From: Thermoleophilaceae bacterium | GTDB lineage: Bacteria; Actinomycetota; Thermoleophilia; Solirubrobacterales; Thermoleophilaceae | Direction of reading: 5' to 3' | NCBI GenBank assembly: GCA_036392575.1 | Contig: DASVXS010000151.1 | Coordinates: 1 to 42,204 of the forward strand | Length of the DNA: 42,204 nt | Part shown: in pieces, positions 7,375 through 16,313 of the stretch | Numbering within the stretch: position 1 is the first letter of the stretch | Layout: the number at the start of each line of letters is the position of its first letter | Position numbers and translations under genes: made by a program | The notes under the pieces: generated by a model | Database searches by the model: none | The model's input: the letters and a program-made list of their open reading frames with translations, nothing else | Told to the model about the DNA's origin: nothing

Positions 7375-8847
7375 TCAGCCGGCCTCCGTGGCAGCCGCGG
7401 CTTCGCCCCTGCGCGCGGCCTCCGCGTGCTCTTTCGAGTCGCGCGAGGAGATCAGCACCGCTGCGAGGACGGCCCCGAGCAGCGCGATTCCCGTGCCCGC
7501 CAGAAACGCGTCCTGGAAGCCTTCGGTGAGCCCGACGATCCGCGACTTCTCGCCCGCCGCGAACACGTCGTTGGTACGCGAGTTGGCGACCGAGGCGAGC
7601 ACGGCCAGTCCGAGCGCGCCGCCCACCTGCTGCGAGGTGTTGATCAGGCCAGAGGCCAGCCCGGCCTCGTTGGGTTTGGTCCCAGTCACGGCAGCGATCG
7701 TGTCTGGCACGAACGAGAGTCCGAGCCCGACGGCCGCTAGCAGCGATGGCCCGAGGACGTCACTCGTGTAGCTGCCGCCTGGCGCGCTCACCTTCGAGAA
7801 CCAGAAGAGGCCGGCGGCCACGAAGAGCATCCCGGCCACGAGCGTTGGCTTGAAGCCGACTCGCGTTACGAGCTGTCCGGCAATGCCCGCCGAGATGATG
7901 ATCGTGACCGCAAGTGGCAAGTAGGAGACGCCCGCCTTGAGCGCGCTGAACCCGAGCACCTGCTGGAGGTAGAGCGAGATGAAGAAGAACATGCTGAACA
8001 GCGACATGCCGATGAGCAATCCGACAACGTTCGCGCCCCGGAGGGTGCGCAGCCGGAAGATGCTGAACGGCATGAGCGGGTTGCGCTCGCGCATCTCGAT
8101 GACGAGGAAGATGGCGATCAGGAACACCGCTCCGGCCAGGCGCGCGATCGTGGCGGTGGAGCCCCAGCCGTCGGTCGGCGTCTGCACGAAGCCGTAGACG
8201 AGCAGCGCGAGGCCCGCGGTGACCGACACGGCGCCCGGGATGTCGAACGAGCCGCGCGCCTCCTCGGGCACGCTGCTCTCCTCGAGGAGGCGCGGGGCGA
8301 GGAACGCGACGAACAGGCCGATCGGCGTGTTCACGAAGAGCACCCACTCCCAGCCGGCCCATTGCGTGAGCACGCCGCCGAGCAGGACGCCGGCCGCACC
8401 GCCGGCGCCGGCGACTGCGCCCCAGACGCCGAGCGCGCGATTCCGCTCGGCGCCTTCGGCGAAGGTGGTGGTGATGATCGACAGGGCGGCCGGCGAGACG
8501 ATCGCGGCGCCCAGGCCCTGGAGCGCGCGGGCGGCGATGAGCCAGCCCTCCGATTGCGCGAGGCCGCCGAGCAGCGAGGCGATCGAGAAGAGGATCAGGC
8601 CGTAGATGAACATGCGCCGGCGGCCGAGGTAGTCCGCGAGCCGGCCGCCCAGCAGCAGGAAGCCGCCGAACGTGAGCACATAGGCGTTCACGACCCAGGA
8701 GAGGTTGTCCTGGCTGAAGTCGAGCGCTTTGCCGATCGACGGCAGCGCGACGTTCACGATCGAGGCGTCGATGACGATCATGAACTGCGTCATCGCCAGC
8801 AGGAGGAGCGCGAGGTTCTTCGCGCGCGGAGTATCCGTTGCGGTCAT
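7375..8847 (-). CDS. MFS transporter, DHA2 (EmrB/QacA-like, 14-TM) drug:H+ antiporter family
   Basis: 490 aa with about 14 hydrophobic segments. MFS motif A-like GGRLADYLGRRRMF and DHA2-type motifs (LQGLGAAIVSPAALSII). Convergent with the SnoaL-like gene. Confidence 0.88.
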   Translation of the reverse strand: MTATDTPRAKNLALLLLAMTQFMIVIDASIVNVALPSIGKALDFSQDNLSWVVNAYVLTFGGFLLLGGRLADYLGRRRMFIYGLILFSIASLLGGLAQSEGWLIAARALQGLGAAIVSPAALSIITTTFAEGAERNRALGVWGAVAGAGGAAGVLLGGVLTQWAGWEWVLFVNTPIGLFVAFLAPRLLEESSVPEEARGSFDIPGAVSVTAGLALLVYGFVQTPTDGWGSTATIARLAGAVFLIAIFLVIEMRERNPLMPFSIFRLRTLRGANVVGLLIGMSLFSMFFFISLYLQQVLGFSALKAGVSYLPLAVTIIISAGIAGQLVTRVGFKPTLVAGMLFVAAGLFWFSKVSAPGGSYTSDVLGPSLLAAVGLGLSFVPDTIAAVTGTKPNEAGLASGLINTSQQVGGALGLAVLASVANSRTNDVFAAGEKSRIVGLTEGFQDAFLAGTGIALLGAVLAAVLISSRDSKEHAEAARRGEAAAATEAG

Positions 8848-8944
8848 CTCGGGCTTTGTCGTTCGGGGGAGACGGGCCTGAGGCGCTGCCCGGGGTACGA
8901 GCCGCGCCGTGTTCGAGGCTCAACCTTCAGGGTACGGATCGGGG

Positions 8945-9397
8945 ATGCTCCATGCCCTCTCCCGCGATCAGCTGCTGCCCGCGGAGCCGGGCGAGGTGTT
9001 CGATTTCTTCGCGGACGCGCACAACCTGGAGGCGATCACGCCGCCGTGGCTCGGGTTCCAGGTGATCACGCCGGGGCCGGTCGGCATGGGAGTGGGCACG
9101 CGGATCGACTACCGGCTTCGGCTCCACGGCGTGCCGATCCACTGGCGGACGCGCATCGAGATCTGGGAGCCGGGACGCCGCTTCGTGGACGCCCAGGAGC
9201 GCGGGCCATACGCGCTCTGGCACCACACGCACTCCTTCGAAAAGCGCGGCGGCGAGACGCTGATGCGCGACGTCGTGCGCTACGCGGTGCCGTTCGGAGC
9301 GCTGGGCGAAGTCGCGCGAAGGCTGCTCGTGGAGCGGGACCTGGAGCGGATTTTCGACTACCGCGCCGCGGCCGTGGCCCGGAACTTCACAAAGTAA
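8945..9397 (+). CDS. SRPBCC (polyketide cyclase/dehydrase-like) family protein
   Basis: ORF 8909..9397. An ATG at 8945 gives MLHALSRDQLLPAEPGEVFDFFADAHNLEAITPPWLGFQV...WHHTHSFE...DYRA, the pattern of SRPBCC domains often fused to YfcH-type epimerases. Start uncertain (8909 GTG or 8945 ATG). Confidence 0.7.
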   Translation: MLHALSRDQLLPAEPGEVFDFFADAHNLEAITPPWLGFQVITPGPVGMGVGTRIDYRLRLHGVPIHWRTRIEIWEPGRRFVDAQERGPYALWHHTHSFEKRGGETLMRDVVRYAVPFGALGEVARRLLVERDLERIFDYRAAAVARNFTK

Positions 9398-9408
9398 AGT
9401 AAGACTGA

Positions 9409-11175
9409 GTGGGTACGTTCAGACGGCTTCTGGGCTTCCTGCGGCCATACCGCCGCGGGGTGATCGCTTCGCTGCTGCTCGCGGCGGCCGCGATGGTGCT
9501 CGGCGTCCTCATTCCCGCGCTCGTGGGCAAGACGGTCGACGCGGTCCGCAACGGGCACTCGAACCTGTGGCCGTACGCCGCCGCCATCCTCGCGGCCGGC
9601 GTGGGGCGGCTCGTGCTCTCGGTGTTCCGCCGACTCGTCGCCGGCCGCGTGTCGCTGGGCGTGGAGTTCGACCTGCGAAATCTGATGTACCGGCACCTGC
9701 AATCGCTCGAGCTCGGCTTCTTCGATTCGCAGCAGACCGGCCAGCTGATGTCGCGTGCGACCGTCGACCTGCAGTCGGTGCGCTTCTTCCTCGGCTACGG
9801 CCTCGTGTTCATCGCGCAGTCGCTGATCTCGATCCTCGTCGCCGCGGTCGTGATGTTCGCGGTCAACCCGGGGCTCGCAGCGGTCACGCTCGCCCCCACC
9901 CCGTTCGTGATCTGGGTCGCGACGCAGTACGGGCGCAAGAACCGCCCGGCCTCGCAGGAGGTACAGCAGCGGATCGCCGAGCTGACGGCGGAGGCGGAGG
10001 AGAACATCTCGGGCGTGCGCGTGGTGAAGGCGTTCGCGCAGGAGGAGCGCCAGTTCGCGCGTTTCAGCCGGCAGGTCGGCCGCGTGTTCGACCAGTCGAT
10101 GGTGTCGACGCGGCTGCGCGCGTTCTACAACCCCTTCATCGGCTTCCTGCCGAACCTCGGCCTCGCGGCGCTGCTGTTCGTGGGCGGGCGGCAGGCGATC
10201 AACGGAACGATCAGCGTCGGCGAGTTCGTGGCGTTCTACGGATACGTGGCGCTGCTCACTCAGCCGATGCGGATGCTCGGCGTGGCGCTCGGGATGTCGC
10301 AGCGGGCGGTCGCGTCGGGTGCGCGCGTGTTCGAGGTGCTCGACCGCGAGCCGCGGCTCGAGTCGAAGCCGGACGCGCAGCCGCTGCCGGAGGGCGGCGG
10401 GCGCGTGGAGTTCCGTGACGTGAGCTTCTCCTATGGCGGCGAGGACGCGGAGCCGGTGCTCGACGAGATCGACCTGACGGTCGAGGCGGGCAGCACGGTG
10501 GCGCTCGTGGGAGCGACCGGCTCGGGCAAGAGCACGCTCGTGATGCTCCTGCCGCGGCTGTATGACGTGACCTCGGGCGCGCTGCTCGTGGACGGCGCGG
10601 ACGTGCGCGACGTGGACCTCCCGGAGCTGCGCGAGCAGGTGGCGTTCGTGTCCGACGATCCGTTTCTCTTCTCGGCGAGCGTGCGCGAGAACATCGCATA
10701 CGCGCGACCGGACGCAAGCTTCGAGCAGGTGCAGGAGGCGGCCGAGCGCGCCGGCGCGACCGAGTTCATCGACGAGCTGCCCGAAGGCTTCGACACGCTG
10801 ATCGGGGAGCGTGGCTACACGCTGTCGGGCGGTCAGCGGCAACGGATCGCGATCGCGCGGGCGCTGCTGCGCAGCCCGCGGCTGCTGATCCTCGACGACG
10901 CGACCTCGAGCGTGGACGCCACGACGGAGAGCCGGATCGCGCGGGCGCTCGGCGATCTGATGCGCGAGCGGACGACGTTCATCATCGCCCACCGGCTGTC
11001 CACGATCGCGCTGGCGGACGAGATCGTGGTGCTCGAGGAGGGACGCGTGCTGGCGCGCGGGACGCACGAGGAGCTTCTCGAGGAGTCGGAGCTCTACCGC
11101 GAGATCGCGGAGAAGGGGCTGCCCGACCAGGTGTTCCTCACGCGTGATCCGCTCGAGCGGGAGGCGACGCTCTGA
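9409..11175 (+). CDS. ABC exporter fused permease/ATPase, subunit with a degenerate catalytic site
   Basis: 588 aa with a 6-TM exporter domain and an NBD. Walker A GATGSGKST, signature LSGGQRQRIAIARAL, Walker B LILDDATSSVD (Asp where the catalytic Glu is expected). Confidence 0.9.
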   Translation: MGTFRRLLGFLRPYRRGVIASLLLAAAAMVLGVLIPALVGKTVDAVRNGHSNLWPYAAAILAAGVGRLVLSVFRRLVAGRVSLGVEFDLRNLMYRHLQSLELGFFDSQQTGQLMSRATVDLQSVRFFLGYGLVFIAQSLISILVAAVVMFAVNPGLAAVTLAPTPFVIWVATQYGRKNRPASQEVQQRIAELTAEAEENISGVRVVKAFAQEERQFARFSRQVGRVFDQSMVSTRLRAFYNPFIGFLPNLGLAALLFVGGRQAINGTISVGEFVAFYGYVALLTQPMRMLGVALGMSQRAVASGARVFEVLDREPRLESKPDAQPLPEGGGRVEFRDVSFSYGGEDAEPVLDEIDLTVEAGSTVALVGATGSGKSTLVMLLPRLYDVTSGALLVDGADVRDVDLPELREQVAFVSDDPFLFSASVRENIAYARPDASFEQVQEAAERAGATEFIDELPEGFDTLIGERGYTLSGGQRQRIAIARALLRSPRLLILDDATSSVDATTESRIARALGDLMRERTTFIIAHRLSTIALADEIVVLEEGRVLARGTHEELLEESELYREIAEKGLPDQVFLTRDPLEREATL

Positions 11176-12971
11176 TGCGGGCGTGGGCGGCACGCTGGTG
11201 GGCGCTGTTCCGGCGCACCGAGCTGCAGCGCTCGCGCAAGCTGCGCGGGCTGCTCGAGCTGCTGCGCCCGTACCGCGGGCGGACCGTGCTGATGTTCGTG
11301 GCGCTGCTCGCCGCGACCGCGGCTTCGCTCGCTCCGCCGTACCTCGCAGGCAAGGCGATCGACGCCGGGATTCGCAAGGGCGACGTGTCGGCGCTCGACT
11401 GGATCGTCGTCGCGTTCCTGGTGAGCGCCATCGTGACCTGGACGGCGAGCTACGTACAGACGTACCTCGTGAACTGGGTCGGGGAGCGCGCGCTGCAGGA
11501 CCTGCGGCTGCAGCTGTTCGCGCACTTGCAGCGGCTGTCGATCGGGTTCTACTCGCGCAACAAGGCGGGGGTCGTGATCTCGCGGATCTCGAACGACGTC
11601 GAGGCGCTCGACCAGCTCGTTACGGATGGGGTCGTGACGTTGTTCTCGTCGTCGCTGACGCTGATCGGCACCGCGGTGATCTTGTTCGTTCTCGACTGGA
11701 AGCTGGCGCTGATCACGTTCGTCACCTTCCCGATCCTCGGGATCGGGAGCATCGTGTTCCGGCTGGTGTCGGCCGAGGCGTACCGGCTCACGCGCGAGAA
11801 GATCGCGTACGTGACGGCGTACCTGCAGGAGACGCTGTCGGGGATTCGCGTTGTGCGCGCGTTCGGCCAGGAGGAGCGGCACCTGTCGCAGTTCGCCGAT
11901 CTGAACGAGGAGAACCGCGCGGCGAACATGAAGACGGTCAATCTGAACGCGGCCTACTTCCCGGCGGTGGAGTTCCTGTCGGCGGTCGCGACCGCGGTGA
12001 TCCTGTTGTACGGCGGCAACCAGGTGCTCAACGGCGGGGACGTGACGATCGGCGTGCTCGCCTCGTTCGTCTTCTACCTGAACAGCTTCTTCGATCCGAT
12101 CCAGCAGCTCTCGCAGCTGTACACGACCTACCAGGCGGGGATGGCGGCGCTCGACAAGATCTTCGAGCTGCTTGATGAGGATCCGGACCTGACCGACCGC
12201 CCGGACGCGGTCGAGCTGCCGACGGTGCGCGGCGAAGTGCGGTTCGAGGACGTGTCGTTCTCCTACGAGGGCGAGGGCGGCGAGTACGCGCTGCGCGACA
12301 TCGACCTCGTCGTGCCGCCTGGGCAGACCGTCGCGCTCGTTGGCGAGACGGGCGCTGGGAAGTCGACGTTCGCGAAGCTGGTCGCGCGCTTCTACGACCC
12401 GACGTCGGGCCGGATCCTGGTGGATGGGTATGACCTGCGCGATGTGACCGAGCGGTCTCTGCGGTCTCAGCTCGGTGTGGTCCCGCAGGAGGGCTTCCTG
12501 TTCTCGGGAACGATCCGCGACAACATCGCTTTCGGGCTGCGTGACGCGTCGGACGATGAGGTGCGGGCGGCGGCGCGTGCGGTCGGGGCCGACGAGTTCA
12601 TCGAGCGGCTGCCCGAGGGTTACGACACCGAGGTGGGCGAGCGCGGCGGGCATCTCTCCGCCGGGCAGCGCCAGCTCGTGGCGTTCGCGCGGGCGGCGGC
12701 GGTCGACCCGCGGATCTTGATTCTCGACGAGGCAACGTCGAACGTGGACGTGCACACGGAGGGGCGGATCGAGCGCGGCCTGCGCCGGCTGCTCGCGGGG
12801 CGCACGTCGTTCGTGATCGCGCATCGTCTATCGACGATCCGAGGCGCGGGCCGGATCCTCGTGATGGAGCACGGGCGGATCGTGGAGCAGGGGACGCACG
12901 ACGAGCTCATCGAGCTCGACGGTGCCTACGCCCGGCTCTATCAGGACTGGGCGGAGCAGGCGGCGGCGTAA
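11175..12971 (+). CDS. ABC exporter fused permease/ATPase, consensus-site subunit
   Basis: 598 aa. Walker A GETGAGKST, Walker B LILDEATSNVD (catalytic Glu present), non-canonical signature LSAGQRQLVAFARA. The ATG overlaps the upstream stop (TGATG). Confidence 0.9.
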   Translation: MRAWAARWWALFRRTELQRSRKLRGLLELLRPYRGRTVLMFVALLAATAASLAPPYLAGKAIDAGIRKGDVSALDWIVVAFLVSAIVTWTASYVQTYLVNWVGERALQDLRLQLFAHLQRLSIGFYSRNKAGVVISRISNDVEALDQLVTDGVVTLFSSSLTLIGTAVILFVLDWKLALITFVTFPILGIGSIVFRLVSAEAYRLTREKIAYVTAYLQETLSGIRVVRAFGQEERHLSQFADLNEENRAANMKTVNLNAAYFPAVEFLSAVATAVILLYGGNQVLNGGDVTIGVLASFVFYLNSFFDPIQQLSQLYTTYQAGMAALDKIFELLDEDPDLTDRPDAVELPTVRGEVRFEDVSFSYEGEGGEYALRDIDLVVPPGQTVALVGETGAGKSTFAKLVARFYDPTSGRILVDGYDLRDVTERSLRSQLGVVPQEGFLFSGTIRDNIAFGLRDASDDEVRAAARAVGADEFIERLPEGYDTEVGERGGHLSAGQRQLVAFARAAAVDPRILILDEATSNVDVHTEGRIERGLRRLLAGRTSFVIAHRLSTIRGAGRILVMEHGRIVEQGTHDELIELDGAYARLYQDWAEQAAA

Positions 12972-12975
12972 GACG

Positions 12976-13000
12976 AAAAGAGGCGCCCGATGGGCGCCTC
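12976..13000 (-). terminator. rho-independent terminator downstream of tRNA-Gln; the hairpin may also stop the convergent ABC operon
   Basis: Perfect 9-bp stem GAGGCGCCC (12980-12988) / GGGCGCCTC (12992-13000). On the minus strand it is followed by TTTT (complement of 12976-12979). Confidence 0.65.
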
Positions 13001-13010
13001 ATGGCTGCAG

Positions 13011-13081
13011 CTGCGGGACAGGGACTCGAACCCCAACTTCCGCATCCAGAGTGCGGCGTCCTACCATTAGACGATCCCGCA
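13011..13081 (-). tRNA. tRNA-Gln (anticodon CTG)
   Basis: Minus-strand sequence TGCGGGA TC GTCT AATGGTA GGAC G CCGCA CTCTGGA TGCGG AAGT TGGGG TTCGAGT CCCTG TCCCGCA G, 71 nt. U1:A72 and G73 are classical tRNA-Gln identity features. No encoded CCA. Confidence 0.88.
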
Positions 13082-13153
13082 ATGCCTAACGGCAGATGAT
13101 TGTAGCGGCGGGGCAGACAGCGCCAAACCTGCCTCGACCATGCCGTCCGGACG

Positions 13154-13167
13154 GGAACGTATGTTCG
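13154..13167. promoter_or_regulatory. LexA (Cheo/SOS) box-like palindrome 5 nt upstream of the HNH endonuclease ATG
   Basis: GGAAC-GTAT-GTTCG compared with the Gram-positive consensus CGAAC-RNRY-GTTCG. There is one mismatch at the first base, and the GAAC-N4-GTTC core is intact. Confidence 0.45.
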
Positions 13168-13171
13168 TGTA

Positions 13172-13720
13172 ATGCGCGAACGCGTGGCAGAACTCATCGC
13201 CTCAGGACTGAGCAGGCAGGCGATCGCGCGGGAGCTCGGGGTCGCGAAATCCACAGTGTCGTATCACGCGCGCCGGCTCGGCGAACCTGGATCGCCGCAG
13301 TTCGGACGGCGCTATGACTGGGCCGAGATCGGGCGGTTCTACGACGCCGGCCACAGCGTACGAGAGTGCCAGGAGCGATTCGGTTTCTCGAAGCAGGCCT
13401 GGAACAACGCCGTGCGACGCGGCGACGTCGTGGCTCGCCCGCGGCTCACGCCGCTGGCGCACCTGCTCGCTGTCGACGCGCCACGCAGTCGCTGGAACAT
13501 CAAGCGCCGGCTTCTCAAAGAGGGTCTGAAGCAGGCGCGGTGCGAGCAGTGCGGGCTCGAGCGCTGGCGCGGCGAGCCGCTGCAACTCGCGCTCCATCAT
13601 GTCAACGGCGATCCCGAGGACAACCGGTTGGAGAACCTCGCCCTGTTGTGCCCGAACTGTCACAGCCAGACCGAGAACTTCGGGGTCAAGAACGTCGCGA
13701 GGGAGGCGCTCGTAGGCTGA
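13172..13720 (+). CDS. HNH endonuclease with N-terminal helix-turn-helix modules
   Basis: 182 aa. Two HTH-like segments (LSRQAIARELGVAKSTVSYHARRLG; HSVRECQERFGFSKQAWNNAVRRG). The C-terminal CEQCG...LALHHVNGDPEDNRLENLALLCPNCHSQT is an HNH motif with a CxxC...CxxC zinc knuckle. Confidence 0.82.
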   Translation: MRERVAELIASGLSRQAIARELGVAKSTVSYHARRLGEPGSPQFGRRYDWAEIGRFYDAGHSVRECQERFGFSKQAWNNAVRRGDVVARPRLTPLAHLLAVDAPRSRWNIKRRLLKEGLKQARCEQCGLERWRGEPLQLALHHVNGDPEDNRLENLALLCPNCHSQTENFGVKNVAREALVG

Positions 13721-13724
13721 CGGC

Positions 13725-13937
13725 ATGCCCGACATCCCAATTCGCGGCGACTCCATCCGGCTCGGGCAGCTCCTCAAGCTGGCAGGCCTGGTCGAGGGCG
13801 GCGGCGAGGTCAAGGCGCTCCTCGCGGAGGAGCCCGTGCTCGTGAACGGCGAGCGTGAGAGCCGGCGCGGGCGACAGCTCCACCCCGGTGACGTGGTTCA
13901 GCTGGGCGGCGAGGAAATCCGCGTCACGAGCGCCTGA
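13725..13937 (+). CDS. S4-domain RNA-binding protein (YbcJ/YaaA-like)
   Basis: 70 aa: IRLGQLLKLAGLVEGGGEVKALLAEEPVLVNGERESRRGRQLHPGDVVQLGGEEIRV, the typical small S4 fold protein. Confidence 0.8.
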   Translation: MPDIPIRGDSIRLGQLLKLAGLVEGGGEVKALLAEEPVLVNGERESRRGRQLHPGDVVQLGGEEIRVTSA

Positions 13938-13943
13938 TCACGG

Positions 13944-15170
13944 CTACAACGCCGCCAGGTCCGTGTCCCCGTCGGCCAACGCGCCCGGCTCGACGGGCGT
14001 CTTCTCCTTGATGAAGCGCCGTGCGTGCTCGAGATCCTCCGAGCGACCGACGGCCATGGCGGCCTTCACGGTCTCGTCGTCCAGCCAGAACGCCGTGAAG
14101 TCCCCCTCGTCGAGCGAGCCGCGCACGACCAGATCGCCCGAGCCCGGACCGACGTACTCCATCCCGGTCCAGTCGGCCAGATCAGAGAAGAAATAGGGCA
14201 CCTCGTCGTGCGGCACGTCGCGGCCGAGCATGTTCAGGGCAGCGGTCTTGCCCTGGGACAACGCCACGTCCCAGTGCTCCACCCGCAGCGGCCCGCCGTG
14301 GATGACGCTGTCGTATTCGCAGATGTCGCCGGCGGCGTAGATCCCGGGCGCCGACGTCTCGAGCCGCGACGAGCACTTCACGCCCCCGTTCTCGCCGAGC
14401 TCGAGTCCGGCCTGTCGCGCGAGCATCACGTCGGGCATCACCCCGATCCCGATCACCACCATGTCGCACTCGAGCTCGCGCCCGGACTTCAGCACGACCT
14501 TGTGCACGCGCCCGTCTGAGCCCTCGAAGCGGTCGAGCTCCTCCGACCCGTACACCTCCACCCCGCGCTCCTCGAGCACCCGCTGGAAGTAGCCGCCGAC
14601 CTCCGGCCCGTAGAAGCGGTCGAGTACGACCTCCTCCATCATCACGATCGAGCAGCGCTTGCCGAGGTCCGTCAACGAGGCGGCGGCCTCGGTGCCGATG
14701 TAGCTGCCGCCGATCAGCACGACCCGCTCGGCGTCGTTCGCATCGGCCTGGATCGCGTCGCTGTTCCCGAACGTGCGCACGTAGTGGATCCCGTCGAGGT
14801 CGCAGCCGTCCACCCGCAGCCTCCGGACGTTCGCGCCCGTCGCGAGCAGCGCCTTGGCGAAGCGCACCTCGTCGCCGCTCGAGAGCTTCGCCGTCCGCGA
14901 GCCGGGGTCGAGCTTCATCACGCTCGTTCGAGTGAGCAGGTCGATCTGCTGCTCCTGCCACCAGTCATCGGGCCGGAACAGCGCGTCGGCACGGCTCTCC
15001 TTCCCGCGGAGGTAGCCCTTCGTGAGCGGCGGCCGGCTGTACGGCGGGTCGGGCTCGCGGCCCACGAGGAGGATCGAACCGTCCGCGCCTTCTTCCCGCA
15101 GCCACCGGGCGCAGTTGGCCGCGGCGAGGCCCCCGCCGACCAGCAGGTAGTCGGCCTCCCTCTCCGCCAA
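13944..15170 (-). CDS. NAD(P)/FAD-dependent oxidoreductase (ferredoxin reductase / AIF-like, pyridine nucleotide-disulfide oxidoreductase fold)
   Basis: 408 aa. FAD-binding YLLVGGGLAAANCA, NAD-binding VVLIGGSYIGTEAA, then AAGD and a C-terminal reductase dimerisation region. Confidence 0.85.
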   Translation of the reverse strand: MAEREADYLLVGGGLAAANCARWLREEGADGSILLVGREPDPPYSRPPLTKGYLRGKESRADALFRPDDWWQEQQIDLLTRTSVMKLDPGSRTAKLSSGDEVRFAKALLATGANVRRLRVDGCDLDGIHYVRTFGNSDAIQADANDAERVVLIGGSYIGTEAAASLTDLGKRCSIVMMEEVVLDRFYGPEVGGYFQRVLEERGVEVYGSEELDRFEGSDGRVHKVVLKSGRELECDMVVIGIGVMPDVMLARQAGLELGENGGVKCSSRLETSAPGIYAAGDICEYDSVIHGGPLRVEHWDVALSQGKTAALNMLGRDVPHDEVPYFFSDLADWTGMEYVGPGSGDLVVRGSLDEGDFTAFWLDDETVKAAMAVGRSEDLEHARRFIKEKTPVEPGALADGDTDLAAL

Positions 15171-15174
15171 CGGC

Positions 15175-15846
15175 CTAGGAGACCTCTACTGGCGGCCGGA
15201 ACCGCTCCATGATCTTCTGCTCGAGGCCGGTGTCGAGCACGAGCAGCACCTCGTCACCCGCCTCGATCACGGAGTCGGCCAGCGGCACGAACCCAGTGCC
15301 GTCGCGCAGGATCGAGATCACGAGGGAGCCGTCCGGAAGGCCCAGCTCCTGCACCTGCGAGCCGGCCGCCGGCGAGCCCTCAGCCACCTCGATCTCGATG
15401 ATCTCGAGCCGCTCCTGGGGCAGATCGAGCAGATGCAGGAACCCGTACTTCGGCACCTCGTGCTCGATCAGACGGAGGATCAGGTCGGTGGCCGACACCG
15501 CCGGCTTCACGCCGAGAAGCTCGAAGTGCTGGAGGTTGCGCGGGTTGTTGCAGCGGGAGATGACCCGCTCCACCCCGTACTTCTCGCGCGCCACCTGGCA
15601 GATGAGGATGTTGTCCTCGTCGTCGCCGGTCACCGCGATCACCATGTCCGCACGTGCGATGCCGGCGCGCTCGAGCACCCACAGCTCGGAGCCGTCGCCG
15701 TAGTGCACGGCGTGCTCGAGTTCTTCCTCGACGACCTGGTAGCGGGCGCGATCGGACTCGATCAGCGTGACCTCGTTGCCCTTGCCGATCAGCTCGCGCG
15801 CGAGGTTCCAGCCGACCTTGCCGGCTCCGACGACCACGATGTACAT
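15175..15846 (-). CDS. trkA: TrkA-family RCK protein (TrkA_N + TrkA_C)
   Basis: The internal ATG at 15846 of ORF 15175..15936 gives MYIVVVGAGKVGWNLARELIGKGNEVTLIESD (Rossmann GxGxxG). The C-terminal RCK_C-like region contains EGSPAAGSQVQELGLPDGSLVISILRDG. The longer ORF start would overlap the upstream gene. Confidence 0.85.
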   Translation of the reverse strand: MYIVVVGAGKVGWNLARELIGKGNEVTLIESDRARYQVVEEELEHAVHYGDGSELWVLERAGIARADMVIAVTGDDEDNILICQVAREKYGVERVISRCNNPRNLQHFELLGVKPAVSATDLILRLIEHEVPKYGFLHLLDLPQERLEIIEIEVAEGSPAAGSQVQELGLPDGSLVISILRDGTGFVPLADSVIEAGDEVLLVLDTGLEQKIMERFRPPVEVS

Positions 15847-15848
15847 CG

Positions 15849-16274
15849 CTAAGCGTTCTCCCTCACGGCGAGTTCGAGCATCTCGATGGCCTTCTGCGTG
15901 GGAGACACGGTTGAAAGCCCCTGTTCCGCGTACCACGCGGCGCGAGCGGGGTCAAGAACGCGGACCACGACGCGCGGGATATTGAAGCGTCGCTGGGCGA
16001 TCTGCGCGATCACCAGGTTGGTGTTGTCCCCGTCCGTGGATGCCACAAACGCGTCCGCCCGCTCGATCCCCGCCTCGATCAGGGCATCGATCTCGAGGGC
16101 GGTTCCCACGGTGAACATGCCGCCCTGGTCCTCCCAGGTATCGGTGTAGCCGCTCTCGAGCAGCGCGAGTGCCTCGGGGTCCTCGTCGATGACGGACACC
16201 TCGTGTCCCTCGGCGAGCATCGCCCGGGCGATTGCGGACCCCACCCGACCGCAGCCGACGATCAGCACGAACAT
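15849..16274 (-). CDS. TrkA_N (RCK N-terminal, NAD-binding) domain-only protein
   Basis: 141 aa: MFVLIVGCGRVGSAIARAMLAEGHEVSVIDEDPEAL. There is no RCK_C domain. Its stop lies 2 nt before the next trkA start. Confidence 0.8.
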   Translation of the reverse strand: MFVLIVGCGRVGSAIARAMLAEGHEVSVIDEDPEALALLESGYTDTWEDQGGMFTVGTALEIDALIEAGIERADAFVASTDGDNTNLVIAQIAQRRFNIPRVVVRVLDPARAAWYAEQGLSTVSPTQKAIEMLELAVRENA

Positions 16275-16313
16275 CTAGGCCGCACTCTAGCGAGAGCGGC
16301 GGAAGCGCCGGGG

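Noticed and set aside
6486-9392. Rex operator candidates (TGTGAAC at 6491-6497, TTCACAA at 9386-9392)
   Set aside because: Each is a single half-site without a properly spaced inverted partner, so there is no credible Rex box in the window.
9358-12824. Minus-strand ORFs 9358..11193 (611 aa) and 11094..12824 (576 aa)
   Set aside because: They are antisense to the ABC exporter pair, whose Walker A/B and signature motifs are unambiguous on the plus strand.
6303-13720. tRNA-Met and tRNA-Gln as integration sites of a genomic island
   Set aside because: There is no integrase, recombinase or transposase gene, and I saw no direct repeat of the tRNA 3' end. The intervening genes are ordinary transporters with native-looking GC. 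Only the HNH gene looks potentially mobile.
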